Assembly (NCBI GenBank): GCA_963702845.1
Contig: OY969763.1
Coordinates: forward strand, 5,504,001 to 5,568,000
Length of the DNA stretch: 64,000 bases
Reading direction: 5' to 3'
Source of the DNA: an uncultured Verrucomicrobiae bacterium
GTDB taxonomy: Bacteria; Verrucomicrobiota; Verrucomicrobiia; Limisphaerales; Palsa-1400
Shown piece by piece: positions 1 through 10,160 of the stretch. The notes below the pieces were generated by a model that saw only the letters and a program-made list of their open reading frames with translations, searched no databases and was not told the origin of the DNA. Position numbers and translations under genes: made by a program. The stretch's first letter is position 1. The number at the start of each line of letters is the position of its first letter.

Positions 1-1307
1 GCGGACTGAAGGTTTTCGGTGAAGCATTCAACCCGATGATGCACGCTGACCAGGCACGCCGTGAAGACTGGGCTTTCGTTGCGGAATTGAAAAAAGATTT
101 TCTGGTCGTTTCCGTCCCGCTCAAGCGACCAATATCGATGCGCATATCAAAATGCTCGTCGTGTATCATCCCGTCAACATCACGGACGCGTCGCAATATG
201 CGATCGATCAGTTCATTATGAACGTGGCGGCAGAGTCATGGCCTTTCTCGATCCGCACGCCTACTTCGATCAGAACCACGACCGGATGAAGAAATTTTAA
301 TATCAGCGGCGACAACGCAGCCAAATCAACTTTGGACAAATTGCTGAAAGCCTGGGGCCTCGAACATGGACACCGATCACGTGCTCGCGGATCGCTCCTT
401 CGCAGGCCACAACAATCAAACCGGCGACATGATGCCGACATTATTGATGATTACTGCCGCCGGTATTAACTCTAAAGAAGCGGCCACCAGCCAAATCGAT
501 AACTTATTCGTTCCCTTCGCGGGGGTGTTCACCGGCAAACCTGTTGATGGCTTGCAACTCACGCCGCTCATTTCCTCTTCCTCAAATTCGGAGATGGTTG
601 ACTCGCTCATAGCCACCGCCGGGCTCGACATTCTTAAAGCATTCAAACCGTCAAACCAGGAGTTCCCGATTGCGCTGCGTTTGAATGGCAAATTTAAAAC
701 CGCATTCCCGACAAACGGTGGTTTGAAAGAATCTACTGCTGCCGGTGAAGTCATTCTCGTTGCCGATACCGATATGCTGAACGACAAGATCACCGTGCGC
801 ATTGAGGAAGTAATGGGCCACAGGGTCACGCGCCCGCTCAACGGCAATTTGAACCTGTTCCAAAGTCTCGTCGAACAGACGTCCGGTGACGACGACCTCA
901 TTACCTCGCGCAATCGTGCCAGCATGAACCGTCCCTTCACCCGTGTGAAAGATATGGAAGCCCGCGCCGGTCGCGTTTGGGAAGAGAAGATGCGCGAACT
1001 CGAAACCAAGAAGCGCGAGATGAAAAAGAAAGTTGACGAATTGCAGGCACAAAGCAAGCCGGGCCAAAACGTTATTCTCACCTCCCAACAGGAGCGCGAA
1101 CTCGACGAGTACCAGCGCGAGCTCGCCGTTGTCGATAAAGAGTTGAAGAAAGTCGTGAAGAATTTGCGCAAAGACACCGATGCTCTCGAGTTCCGCGCCA
1201 AGGTGCTGAACATCGGCGCCATGCCGGTGATCGTTGCACTGTCCGGAATGTGCCTGGCAGTTGTCAAAACCCGCCGTCGCACGGCATTGTTGAAACGGGT
1301 AATATGA
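1..1307 (+). CDS. GldG-like / ABC-type uncharacterized transport auxiliary component (5' truncated, about 4 frameshifts in the first 370 bp)
   Basis: Joining frames gives ...WAFVAELKKDF / MLVVYHPVNITDASQYAIDQFIM / RGGRVMAFLDP / STLDKLLKAWGL / MDTDHVLAD..., typical GldG-family motifs. ORF 366-1307 has ILVADTDML, GNLNLF, a coiled coil and a C-terminal TM. Followed by a DUF4340 gene. Confidence 0.8.
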
Positions 1308-2455
1308 GCCGGAAACAATTTATTCTTGTTCTGCTGGCGCTCTGCCTTATCGGCGGAGCGGGCTTGGCGCTTTTCAAACGCAACCAGAAGACCTGGAATG
1401 TCCGCGAAGCCAAGGTCGGCGAGTTCGTGATTCCGGATTTTCACCCCAACGACGTCGCCGCGATTCACATCAAAGAGGAATCCGATTTCCGCGTCATCCG
1501 CACGAACGGCATCTGGCGTGTGCCGGATCGTTACGATTATCCTGCAAACTTCAGACAGGTCAGCGAGCTTCTGCTAGATATCAAAAAGTTGAAAGTCATG
1601 CAGTCCGAAGTCGTCGGCCAATCCTTACGTGGCCGCGTAGATTTGAACGATCCCGGCAAGGGTCCGGGCTCTGGTGAGTTGGTTGAATTCGAAGACGCCA
1701 ACGGAAAAGTCATCGCCTCCCTATTGCTTGGCCGCAGACACGACCGTAAACAAAATGAAAACGAACCGCTTGGTATGCACGGCTGGTTCGATGGCCGTTA
1801 TGTTTTAATCCCGAGTGAACCGAATAATATTCTGCTGGTTCCGAACGAACTGCCCTCGGCTGCGCCCGACCCGGGCAGCTGGGTTGATCACACCTTTTTC
1901 AAAATCGAAAACCCAAAATTCATCAGCCTGGTTTCACCTGATCCCCAGAAGAATTGGCAACTCACCCGCGAAACGCCTACGGCAAAATGGACGATGGAAG
2001 GTTTGAGCGCCGGCGAATCGCTCGACATCGAAAAACTCGCGCAGGCAACTGAGATATGGGCGTTCCCGACTTTCCTAGACATGGGTTCGAACTTGCCCCC
2101 AGCGGTCACTGGTTTGGATAAGCCGACGATTATCACGGTCGTCACGTTCGACAACCTTGCCTACACATTGAAAGTTGGAAAGCAGACCCCAGCCGGGAAT
2201 CACATTATGACCGTGTCGGTTGCCGCGGACTTTTCGGCCGGCCGCAGTCCAAGCCCGGATGAAACCCTCGAGGATAAGAAGCGACTCGATGAAGAATTTC
2301 AGGCGAAAAAGAAAACATTGGAGGAAATAGTTGCCAAAGACCGCGCTTTCGCTTCGTGGATGTTCGTTGTCGATAGCTGGCTGGATGTAGTTCTCCGCGA
2401 CCGCAGTCAGTTGGTTACGGCCAAAGCCGCAACCCAGGAAGCCAGCCGGTTTTAA
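1304..2455 (+). CDS. DUF4340 domain membrane-anchored protein
   Basis: ATGA overlap with the upstream stop; N-terminal TM (KQFILVLLALCLIGGAGL), WRV..RYDYPAN and LLLG motifs; usual partner of GldG-like genes. Confidence 0.75.
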   Translation: MSRKQFILVLLALCLIGGAGLALFKRNQKTWNVREAKVGEFVIPDFHPNDVAAIHIKEESDFRVIRTNGIWRVPDRYDYPANFRQVSELLLDIKKLKVMQSEVVGQSLRGRVDLNDPGKGPGSGELVEFEDANGKVIASLLLGRRHDRKQNENEPLGMHGWFDGRYVLIPSEPNNILLVPNELPSAAPDPGSWVDHTFFKIENPKFISLVSPDPQKNWQLTRETPTAKWTMEGLSAGESLDIEKLAQATEIWAFPTFLDMGSNLPPAVTGLDKPTIITVVTFDNLAYTLKVGKQTPAGNHIMTVSVAADFSAGRSPSPDETLEDKKRLDEEFQAKKKTLEEIVAKDRAFASWMFVVDSWLDVVLRDRSQLVTAKAATQEASRF

Positions 2456-2484
2456 GTTTTCAGCCGGTGGAACGCAGAAGAGAC

Positions 2485-3486
2485 CTACTGCTTAAAGACG
2501 CTAATTGTCACCGGCACTTCCATCAAAGGCAAAGACTGCAGCGAAGTTTCCAGCGTCACCTTTCCAGTAACAAACCCGTGCGGCACTTCGTCAATCTTCA
2601 GCACCAGATCAAAAAGTTTTCCCGGCTCCTTCGCCACCACCCGCACACTCGTCCCTTTGATGCTGCTTTTCGCGCTCTTGATTTCGACGTCGTTCCCAAG
2701 AATCGACTTGAGCTGCACGCTTTTGGAGAGCGCCGTCGCCGGATACGCTTTCAAATCATTTCCCTGGTCTGCGAACATCCAATAAACTCCTTTTGGGGTC
2801 GCCGATAATTCCCCTTCAATTTCGCCAATCACCGTAATCGTGCGCACAGGTGTGTTCCCGTATTGCGAGTTCCACAGTTTCAACGTGCCCGTAAAATGCG
2901 GTGGCACTTGCGTTGAGCGTTTCACGGTTACATTGAGCAATCCTGCCTTCTCGTCCACGGCCGCACTGATCCATTCGTGTGATGTCGTGATGCGATCGAT
3001 GCCGAGCGGCTTGTCGTCAGCGCGGGTGATCGTGAGGCCTTCGGTCGCTTCGCCTTTGTCCGCCGGCACAGATACGCGGATGCTCTTGTCGGCAATCTGA
3101 TAAACCTGGTCGTATTCCAGTTGCGTCTTCAACGTGATGCTCGCTGTCTTTGGATCATTCGAAACGATCGTGATCGTTTTCGCGCCCTTCACCATCGGAT
3201 GATCCAAATTGATCTTGTAAGTGACAACGCCACTCTCGCCTGGAGCGAGTGTGTCTGGGGTTTCTTTTGCGTCGGTGCAACCGCAACTTGGTTGGGGCGG
3301 ACCAAGCTTCAGAACGTCATCGCCAACATTTTTGAATTTGAATGACCCGGAAACGGATTCAACTCCGGCCAGATGTCCGAAGTCGAAAAAGTTCGTTTCA
3401 AACTGAATCTTTGGAATGGCCTGCAATGCCGCAGGCCAAGCCAGGCAAGCCACAGTGGCAACGAGACAAAGAGAACGAATCTTCAT
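2485..3486 (-). CDS. Secreted DUF1573 (Ig-like) domain protein
   Basis: Signal peptide; FDFG...FKFKNVG...PSCGCT...LAPGESG...SNDP DUF1573 signature. Confidence 0.85.
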   Translation of the reverse strand: MKIRSLCLVATVACLAWPAALQAIPKIQFETNFFDFGHLAGVESVSGSFKFKNVGDDVLKLGPPQPSCGCTDAKETPDTLAPGESGVVTYKINLDHPMVKGAKTITIVSNDPKTASITLKTQLEYDQVYQIADKSIRVSVPADKGEATEGLTITRADDKPLGIDRITTSHEWISAAVDEKAGLLNVTVKRSTQVPPHFTGTLKLWNSQYGNTPVRTITVIGEIEGELSATPKGVYWMFADQGNDLKAYPATALSKSVQLKSILGNDVEIKSAKSSIKGTSVRVVAKEPGKLFDLVLKIDEVPHGFVTGKVTLETSLQSLPLMEVPVTISVFKQ

Positions 3487-3494
3487 ACACGCGG

Positions 3495-4574
3495 TTATGG
3501 CGCCATGATGTGCAATGGAACCTCAAGTTTTGGAACCGACTCCAGCGTCGTCTCGAGGGTCACTTTGCCATCAATGAGGTTATGTGGGAGTTTTTCGAAT
3601 TTGATCACGAGGTCGAAAATCCTTCCGCCTTTGGGGACGACCTTCACGTTCAAGCCTTGGACATCAGTCGAGATCTTTTTGAATTCCACTGGCTTGCCCA
3701 GCGCAGAAACCAATTGAATGTGCCGCGACAAAGCTTGCTCCGAGTATTTAGTGATGTCATCACCCAGGTCCGCGAAAGCCCATTCCATCCGGGGCGGATC
3801 AGCGGTGATTTCGCCCTGAATCTGCCCACGAAGTTCGACTATTTTTGCCGAGTGATCGGATTGTTGCCCATTCCACAGCTCAACCTTTTCGTTAAAAAAC
3901 GATGGGGCATCCGGCGAGCGATGCACTGTGACAATAACGCGTCCCATGCTTTCCAAATGTTTCTGATTTGCATCGAACGGCGAACCGCCCGTCGGATCAT
4001 AGGCCGCGTCGAATTCAGCGGTGATCCATTGCTGTGAGGTGGAAATGTGATCGATGCCGAGGGCTTTGCCGTCCATGCGGTTGACGATAAACGTCGTCTG
4101 CACCTCGGCTTTGCCGGGCCGCAACAGCACGTTTAGTTTCGGCGGAGTTGTTTCGAACAACGGCGTGTAATCTAGCTGAATCGTGAGTTCGAGATCCGGG
4201 TTTTCGGGATCGTTCGAATGGACCTTGATAAAGCGTTGACCGCTGACGGCGTGGTCCATCTTGATACTGTAGGTCACTTGGCCTTCTGCACCGGGCGCCA
4301 GCTTGTCAGGAGAGATTTTCGCCTCGGTGCAATCGCAACTTGCCTGCGGGGCATCGAGCTTCAGTTCGGCAGTGCCGAGATTCTTGAACTTGAACGAGCC
4401 GATCAGTTTTTCCGAGGACGTGACTTTGCCGAAATCGAAGAAGTTCGTCTGAAATTTAATTTTCGGCGCTGACGGACTGGCCGCAGGAGCAGCGGTGTCA
4501 GCGGCGATGCAGAGGCAGCCGCTGGTCAACCCCAAAGTCATAAGCACAATGGTGCGACAAAGTTTTGTTTTCAT
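3495..4574 (-). CDS. Secreted DUF1573 domain protein (tandem paralog)
   Basis: FDFG..FKFKNLG..ASCDCT..LAPGAEG..SNDP; similar to 2485-3486 along its length; start placed at MKTKLC. Confidence 0.85.
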   Translation of the reverse strand: MKTKLCRTIVLMTLGLTSGCLCIAADTAAPAASPSAPKIKFQTNFFDFGKVTSSEKLIGSFKFKNLGTAELKLDAPQASCDCTEAKISPDKLAPGAEGQVTYSIKMDHAVSGQRFIKVHSNDPENPDLELTIQLDYTPLFETTPPKLNVLLRPGKAEVQTTFIVNRMDGKALGIDHISTSQQWITAEFDAAYDPTGGSPFDANQKHLESMGRVIVTVHRSPDAPSFFNEKVELWNGQQSDHSAKIVELRGQIQGEITADPPRMEWAFADLGDDITKYSEQALSRHIQLVSALGKPVEFKKISTDVQGLNVKVVPKGGRIFDLVIKFEKLPHNLIDGKVTLETTLESVPKLEVPLHIMAP

Positions 4575-4742
4575 GGTTAAGGTGCGTTCCATCATAAAGC
4601 AACTAGCGCCTGTAAGTGAACAAAATTTCGGTGCATACCTCGCAAATAGGGAAAACCATTAAGATGCGGTCGCGCTTCATCGTTGAAATTTATTGGCAGG
4701 AACGAAGCAAACGTTCAAAATAAGGGACAGTTCACCCGATCC

Positions 4743-6827
4743 ATGCCGGCCGTTACACAAACACTTCCGCCAAAAGCCTCCGCGTCTGCGACCGAACTGT
4801 CTCGAAGCCATTGGCACGCACGCCCGCAGATCATCATCGCGGCGCTGTTGGTGCTGGCGATTGTCGGCGTGTATGCGCAGGTCACGAAGTTCGATTTCGT
4901 CAGCGTCGACGATTTCGAATATGTCCGCGACAACTATGCCGTGAACAACGGCCTGTCCTGGGAAAGCTTCAAGTGGGCATTTACCCATAACGTCGCGGGC
5001 AACTGGCATCCGGTCACCATGCTTTCGCACATGCTTGATTGCCAAATTTACGGAGTCGTGCCGGGTGCGCATCACTACACGGCTGTTCTTCTGCACATCT
5101 CAAACACACTGCTGTTGTTTTTCCTTCTTCTGCGAATGACTCGAAGGCTGGCAAACAGCCTCTGGCCATGTGCATTTGCCGCGACACTTTTTGCATTGCA
5201 TCCGTTGCACGTCGAGTCGGTCACATGGATTTCTGAGCGCAAAGATGTGCTCAGTGGATTCTTTTTTATGCTGACGTTATGGGCGTATGTGCGCTATGCG
5301 GAAGCTTCAAGCGCCAAACGAAAAAGTGCGTCTCTGGATTTTGGCAATTGTCCCGCAACGCGGGATGGAGTTTGGAGCTTGGGACTTGGAGCGTTGAAGT
5401 GGTATGCGATTGCACTCGTGTGTTTCGCGCTTGGTCTCATGTCCAAACCGATGCTGGTCACGCTGCCTTGCGTTCTTGTGTTGCTCGATTGGTGGCCGCT
5501 CCAGCGGATCAATAAATTCAGCGTCCGTGCGTTCGGTTTAAGCGCGTTGGAAAAAATCCCATTCTTCGCGCTGACAGCCATCTTCAGTTTCATTACTGTC
5601 CATGCGCAAAAAAGCGCAAATGCGGTGGTTTCATTTCACGATTGGCCGTTGAAATCTCGGCTGGCAACGGCGGTCGTAGCATACGGGCAATACATCGGAA
5701 AAACGTTCGTGCCGACATCGCTCGGAGTCCTTTATCCGCACACCGACTTAATCAATTCGCAAGTCGCCGGGTTGACGATTCTCTTGGTTTTGATTTCGCT
5801 GGTGGCATTCCTTGTTGCCCGCAGCAAGCGTTACGCGTTCGCTGGCTGGTTCCTTTTTGTTGGTGTCTTGTTTCCTGTAAGCGGCATTGCGCAAGTTGGC
5901 GAACAGGCGTTTGCCGATCGGTTTAGTTACCTGCCGCACATTGGATTATTCATGGCAATCGGGTGGCTGTTATGCGAAGTGGCCGTCATTCGATCCAAGC
6001 TTCCGATAATCGTGGCGGCATTGGCGGCAGCTTGTATTCCAGTCACGTATTTTCAGGTGCAACATTGGTCGAACTCCGAAGCGCTCTTCCGCAACTCGCT
6101 GCGGGTTTCGGAAAAGAACGCGACGGCTCACCACTACCTCGGCGTCCTTCTTGATGCACAAGGCAAGACCAATGAAGCGATGCGGCATTTTTCGAGAGCA
6201 GTCGATTGCAATCCGGCCAACGTTATAGCGCGCTGCGGATTTGCTTATGGGTTACAAAGCCAAAACAAATTTGCCGAAGCCGCCCAGCAATACGAGGCCG
6301 CTTTGTTGGTTGAACCTGATAATGCCAAAGCTCATTACGGTCTCGCCGACACGTTGCTGAAGTTAAATCGCATCGGCGACGCCCTCACTCATTACTTACA
6401 AGCGTTGCGTATTCAGCCCGACATCGCCGGCGCACATTATCAACTCGGCACGGCCATGCTCAGCGGCAAACAAGACACTTCCGTTGCGCTTGCCTATCTG
6501 CGCAGCGCCGTCCACTTCGCGCCAGAGTGGACCGACGCATTGAACACGTTGGCTTGGGCTCTTGCCACTCACTCCGACCCGAAGGTTCGCGATGGCAAAG
6601 AAGCGGTGAAACTGGCCACGCGTGCGGTCACAATGACGCGTGGCAACGACCCGGGATTACTTGACACACTCGCGGCGTCCTATGCGGAAGCAAACAAATT
6701 TGATGATGCCGTCTATGCCGAAGAGCGCGCAATTCGGACTGCGAAGTTATCGAAGCAAACCAACGCTATCCCTGAGTTTGAATCGCATCTAAAGTCGTTC
6801 CAGGCGCAGAAACCATGGCGCGAGTAA
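4743..6827 (+). CDS. TMTC-like GT-C membrane glycosyltransferase with C-terminal TPRs
   Basis: VDD..YV, NWHPVTMLSH, HPLHVESV.W.SERKDVL, LMSKPMLVTLP, ADRFSYLP motifs; about 11 TMs followed by TPR repeats. Confidence 0.85.
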   Translation: MPAVTQTLPPKASASATELSRSHWHARPQIIIAALLVLAIVGVYAQVTKFDFVSVDDFEYVRDNYAVNNGLSWESFKWAFTHNVAGNWHPVTMLSHMLDCQIYGVVPGAHHYTAVLLHISNTLLLFFLLLRMTRRLANSLWPCAFAATLFALHPLHVESVTWISERKDVLSGFFFMLTLWAYVRYAEASSAKRKSASLDFGNCPATRDGVWSLGLGALKWYAIALVCFALGLMSKPMLVTLPCVLVLLDWWPLQRINKFSVRAFGLSALEKIPFFALTAIFSFITVHAQKSANAVVSFHDWPLKSRLATAVVAYGQYIGKTFVPTSLGVLYPHTDLINSQVAGLTILLVLISLVAFLVARSKRYAFAGWFLFVGVLFPVSGIAQVGEQAFADRFSYLPHIGLFMAIGWLLCEVAVIRSKLPIIVAALAAACIPVTYFQVQHWSNSEALFRNSLRVSEKNATAHHYLGVLLDAQGKTNEAMRHFSRAVDCNPANVIARCGFAYGLQSQNKFAEAAQQYEAALLVEPDNAKAHYGLADTLLKLNRIGDALTHYLQALRIQPDIAGAHYQLGTAMLSGKQDTSVALAYLRSAVHFAPEWTDALNTLAWALATHSDPKVRDGKEAVKLATRAVTMTRGNDPGLLDTLAASYAEANKFDDAVYAEERAIRTAKLSKQTNAIPEFESHLKSFQAQKPWRE
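5336..5395 (+). repeat. In-frame 7-bp microrepeat plus palindrome inside the TMTC-like gene
   Basis: TTGGAGC/TTGGGAC/TTGGAGC heptads beside the palindrome TCCCGC-AAC-GCGGGA; encodes an extra loop absent from the paralog at 25773-27785. Confidence 0.6.
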
Positions 6828-6844
6828 ATTCGTCTAAGTCACCA

Positions 6845-8182
6845 ATGCGTATACGTTATTTGTTCTTTGTCGTTGTGCTGATGCTCGGTTGTATCGTTAC
6901 AAACGGCGCTTCTCGTCCGAACATCGTTTTTATTCTCACCGATGACATGGGCTACGGCGATGTGGGTTGTTACGGCGGAAAATTTGTGCCGACGCCGAAC
7001 ATTGATCGGCTGGCCACGCAAGGCACCCGGTTCACGCAATTCTATGTCGCCTCTCCGGTTTGTTCGCCATCGAGGACCGGGTTTTTGACCGGTATGTATC
7101 CGGCGCGTTGGAGGATTACGAATTATTTGCAGACTCGCGACGGCAACCGGGCGTCGGAACAAGCTGATTTCCTGGATCCCAAAGCGCCGTCGATCGCGCG
7201 CACGCTCAAAGCTGCCGGCTATGTCACAGGCCATTTCGGCAAATGGCACATGGGCGGCGGGCGAGACGTCACCAATGCGCCGCCGTTTTCAAAATACGGG
7301 TTTGATGAGCACGCGAGCACTTACGAAAGTCCCGAACCGGACCCGAACCTGACTTCGACGAATTGGATCTGGTCGGCTCACGACAAAATCAAGCGTTGGG
7401 AGCGCACCGGGTATTTCGTCGATCGGTCGCTGGATTTTCTGCGCCGCCATAAAGGCCAGCCGTGCTATGTGAACCTTTGGCCCGACGACGTACACACGCC
7501 GTGGGTGCCGCGTGGAACGGACTTGAATCAGCGGCACCATCCGGAAATTCAACGGACGTTCAAGCCGGTGCTCGCCGAGTACGACAAGCAAATGGGCCGA
7601 TTTTTGGACGGCCTGAAGAGTCTTGGATTGGAAAAAAACACGATTGTTATCTTCAGCAGTGATAACGGGCCGTTGCCGACGATGGATCGCGCGCGCGCCG
7701 GCGGGTTGCGCGGTGCGAAAGACAGCCTTTACGAGGGCGGCACACGCGAGCCGTTGATTGTTCGTTGGCCCGGCCATTTTCCTGCCGGTCGTGTGGACAC
7801 GAACGTGATCATCAGTGCGGTCGATTTCTTCCCGATGTTTTGCAAGCTGAGCGGAACGTCCCTGCCCAGCGGAGCGTTCGACGGGGAAGATATGAGCGCG
7901 AATTTTTTCGGCAAAATTGTTCAGCGCGGACATCCTCTTTTTTGGGAATACGGTCGTAACGAAACCTTCGGCTACCCAAGAGAATACCCGGGCCAAAGCA
8001 GTCCGAATGTTGCCGTGCGCGACGGCGATTGGAAGTTGCTCGTCAATGCCAATGGTTCGAATCTCGAACTCTACAATCTGCCGAATGATCAGTTGGAAAC
8101 CAACAACGTCGCTGCGAACAATCCCGAAGTTGCGAAGAGACTGAGCGCGGCTGCGTTGGCGTGGAGAAAATCCGTTCCGTAA
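6845..8182 (+). CDS. Secreted Cys-type (formylglycine) sulfatase, S1 family
   Basis: RPNIVFILTDDMG, CSPSR..LTG, GKWHMG, SSDNG, YEGGTR motifs; signal peptide. Confidence 0.95.
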   Translation: MRIRYLFFVVVLMLGCIVTNGASRPNIVFILTDDMGYGDVGCYGGKFVPTPNIDRLATQGTRFTQFYVASPVCSPSRTGFLTGMYPARWRITNYLQTRDGNRASEQADFLDPKAPSIARTLKAAGYVTGHFGKWHMGGGRDVTNAPPFSKYGFDEHASTYESPEPDPNLTSTNWIWSAHDKIKRWERTGYFVDRSLDFLRRHKGQPCYVNLWPDDVHTPWVPRGTDLNQRHHPEIQRTFKPVLAEYDKQMGRFLDGLKSLGLEKNTIVIFSSDNGPLPTMDRARAGGLRGAKDSLYEGGTREPLIVRWPGHFPAGRVDTNVIISAVDFFPMFCKLSGTSLPSGAFDGEDMSANFFGKIVQRGHPLFWEYGRNETFGYPREYPGQSSPNVAVRDGDWKLLVNANGSNLELYNLPNDQLETNNVAANNPEVAKRLSAAALAWRKSVP

Positions 8183-8183
8183 C

Positions 8184-10088
8184 TTACACGGTGCGTCCGA
8201 ACTTTTTCTCCAATTCTTTGAAGTTCATTTCAATGATGGTCGGACGGCCGTGCGGACAAGTATAGGGCATCTGACAATGCCGTAAGTCCTCGATCAAATT
8301 TTCCAATTCCATTCCGGCAAGCACGTCGTTGGCTTTGACGGCGTGTCGACAAACCGTTTTTGCAATCACATGTTCGCCGAGACGCAACGTATTCACGCCC
8401 GCGCCGACGGATTTGAGGTCATCAACCAATTCCAAAATAAACCGGCGCGGATCGCTCACCTTTACAAAAGGCGGCAGGGCATCCAGCAAAAAAGTGCGCT
8501 CACCGAATTCACTGAGACCGACCCCGAGCCGGATGAGCGTCGGCAATTGTTCACGCAAAAAACTCGCATCGCGCGCGGCAAGCTCAACTGTCTCGGGCAA
8601 GAGCAGCCGTTGTGATGGCGCGCTGTCTTGTTGCTCGAGGCGCTGTAACATTTGTTCGAACAGGATGCGTTCGTGCGCGGCGTGTTGATCGAGCAGGACC
8701 AGACCGCGGTCGGATTCCAAAATGACGTACAATTTTCCGATCACACCAACCAACCTCAGCGGCACGTGCAATAATGGGACTGGGGCTTGTGATGGTTGGT
8801 TGACGATCGATGGCTGGATCGGCTGTGTTGGAATCTGAGGCGTAACTGATTCGGGCGGTTTTGGTGAAGGCCAGTTCGGCAGCGGCTTCGAAAGTTTTGG
8901 AAAATTTGGTAGCTCGATCGGTTCATGCTCCGGCGCCGAGGATGGTTGTGGTTCCAGCTTCAGAGGCGCTGGCGCGGTTGGCGCGGGAGGTTTTGCGGAT
9001 GCGATTTGCGGTGCTGCAACTGGTGCATGAAAATCCAGCAACGCTTTGCGTACCGCCCCGCTAACGATTTGCCGCACGGCACGTTCGTGATGAAATTTCA
9101 CTTCGCGCTTGGCTGGATGAATGTTCACGTCCACCTCACTTGCGTCCAATTCAATGAACAACGCGCAGACCGGATATCGGCTTTTCATCAACGCAGTGTG
9201 ATAGCCTTCGAGCAATGCGAAATTGATGCCGCGATTTTCCACAGGACGACGATTGACGAACACGTGCTGTTCATCGCGGGTTGACCGCGACACGCCGGGC
9301 GCGCCGATCAACCCCCAAACGTGCAGCGCTGGATCGACCGCCGACTCTTCCGCGGCCGCTTCTTCATCCACCGCACCAACCGGAAGGGTGCTCGTGAATG
9401 TCACCGGCAGGAGTTTCTGTTCGGCGCCGTACAATCCACGCAACCGCTCTCTCAACGCCGTGATTTTGTCTTCAGCCTTTACGCTCGGCAGTTGCCAAAG
9501 CATGCGCCCGTCTTTGATAAACTCGAAAGCAATCGCAGGATACGCCAGCGCCGCGAGGGTGAGATAATGCTGAATGTGCGCCGATTCCGTTTCTTCACTG
9601 CGCAAAAATTTCCGACGCGCTGGCAAATTGAAAAAGAGCTGTCGGACTTCAACGCTCGTGCCCGGCGCGCCGCCGCCGGCTTTGACCGTAACGATTTTGC
9701 CGCCGTTAACAATGATCTCGGTTCCTTCAATCACGCCGTCACGTTCACGGGTGTTGAGACTGAACCGGCTGACACTCGCGATGCTCGGCAACGCTTCACC
9801 TCTGAACCCCATGGTGGCGATCGCACTTAGATCTTCCGCGCGGGTAATTTTGCTGGTGGCATGGCGCTCGAGACAAAGCAGCGCGTCATCTCGGCTCATC
9901 CCGATGCCGTCGTCGCTCACACGAACAAGACTGCGACCACCGGCCTGGATCTCAACGGTGATGCGATTTGGTTTCGCATCAAGCGCATTTTCGACCAGTT
10001 CCTTGACGACGCTGGCTGGCCGCTCCACCACTTCACCGGCCGCGATCTGATTCGCGACATGTTCAGGCAAAAGACGGATGCGGTTCAC
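8184..10088 (-). CDS. mutL: DNA mismatch repair endonuclease MutL
   Basis: NQIAAGEVVERPASVVKELVEN, GFRGEAL, DQHAAHERILFE, CRHAVK, CPHGRP. Confidence 0.98.
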   Translation of the reverse strand: MNRIRLLPEHVANQIAAGEVVERPASVVKELVENALDAKPNRITVEIQAGGRSLVRVSDDGIGMSRDDALLCLERHATSKITRAEDLSAIATMGFRGEALPSIASVSRFSLNTRERDGVIEGTEIIVNGGKIVTVKAGGGAPGTSVEVRQLFFNLPARRKFLRSEETESAHIQHYLTLAALAYPAIAFEFIKDGRMLWQLPSVKAEDKITALRERLRGLYGAEQKLLPVTFTSTLPVGAVDEEAAAEESAVDPALHVWGLIGAPGVSRSTRDEQHVFVNRRPVENRGINFALLEGYHTALMKSRYPVCALFIELDASEVDVNIHPAKREVKFHHERAVRQIVSGAVRKALLDFHAPVAAPQIASAKPPAPTAPAPLKLEPQPSSAPEHEPIELPNFPKLSKPLPNWPSPKPPESVTPQIPTQPIQPSIVNQPSQAPVPLLHVPLRLVGVIGKLYVILESDRGLVLLDQHAAHERILFEQMLQRLEQQDSAPSQRLLLPETVELAARDASFLREQLPTLIRLGVGLSEFGERTFLLDALPPFVKVSDPRRFILELVDDLKSVGAGVNTLRLGEHVIAKTVCRHAVKANDVLAGMELENLIEDLRHCQMPYTCPHGRPTIIEMNFKELEKKFGRTV

Positions 10089-10160
10089 AAACAAATTAAG
10101 GATTAAGAATGGAGATTTAAGAAGGAAAATCCGCGTTGCGCGCCGGATACGCGCGGGATG

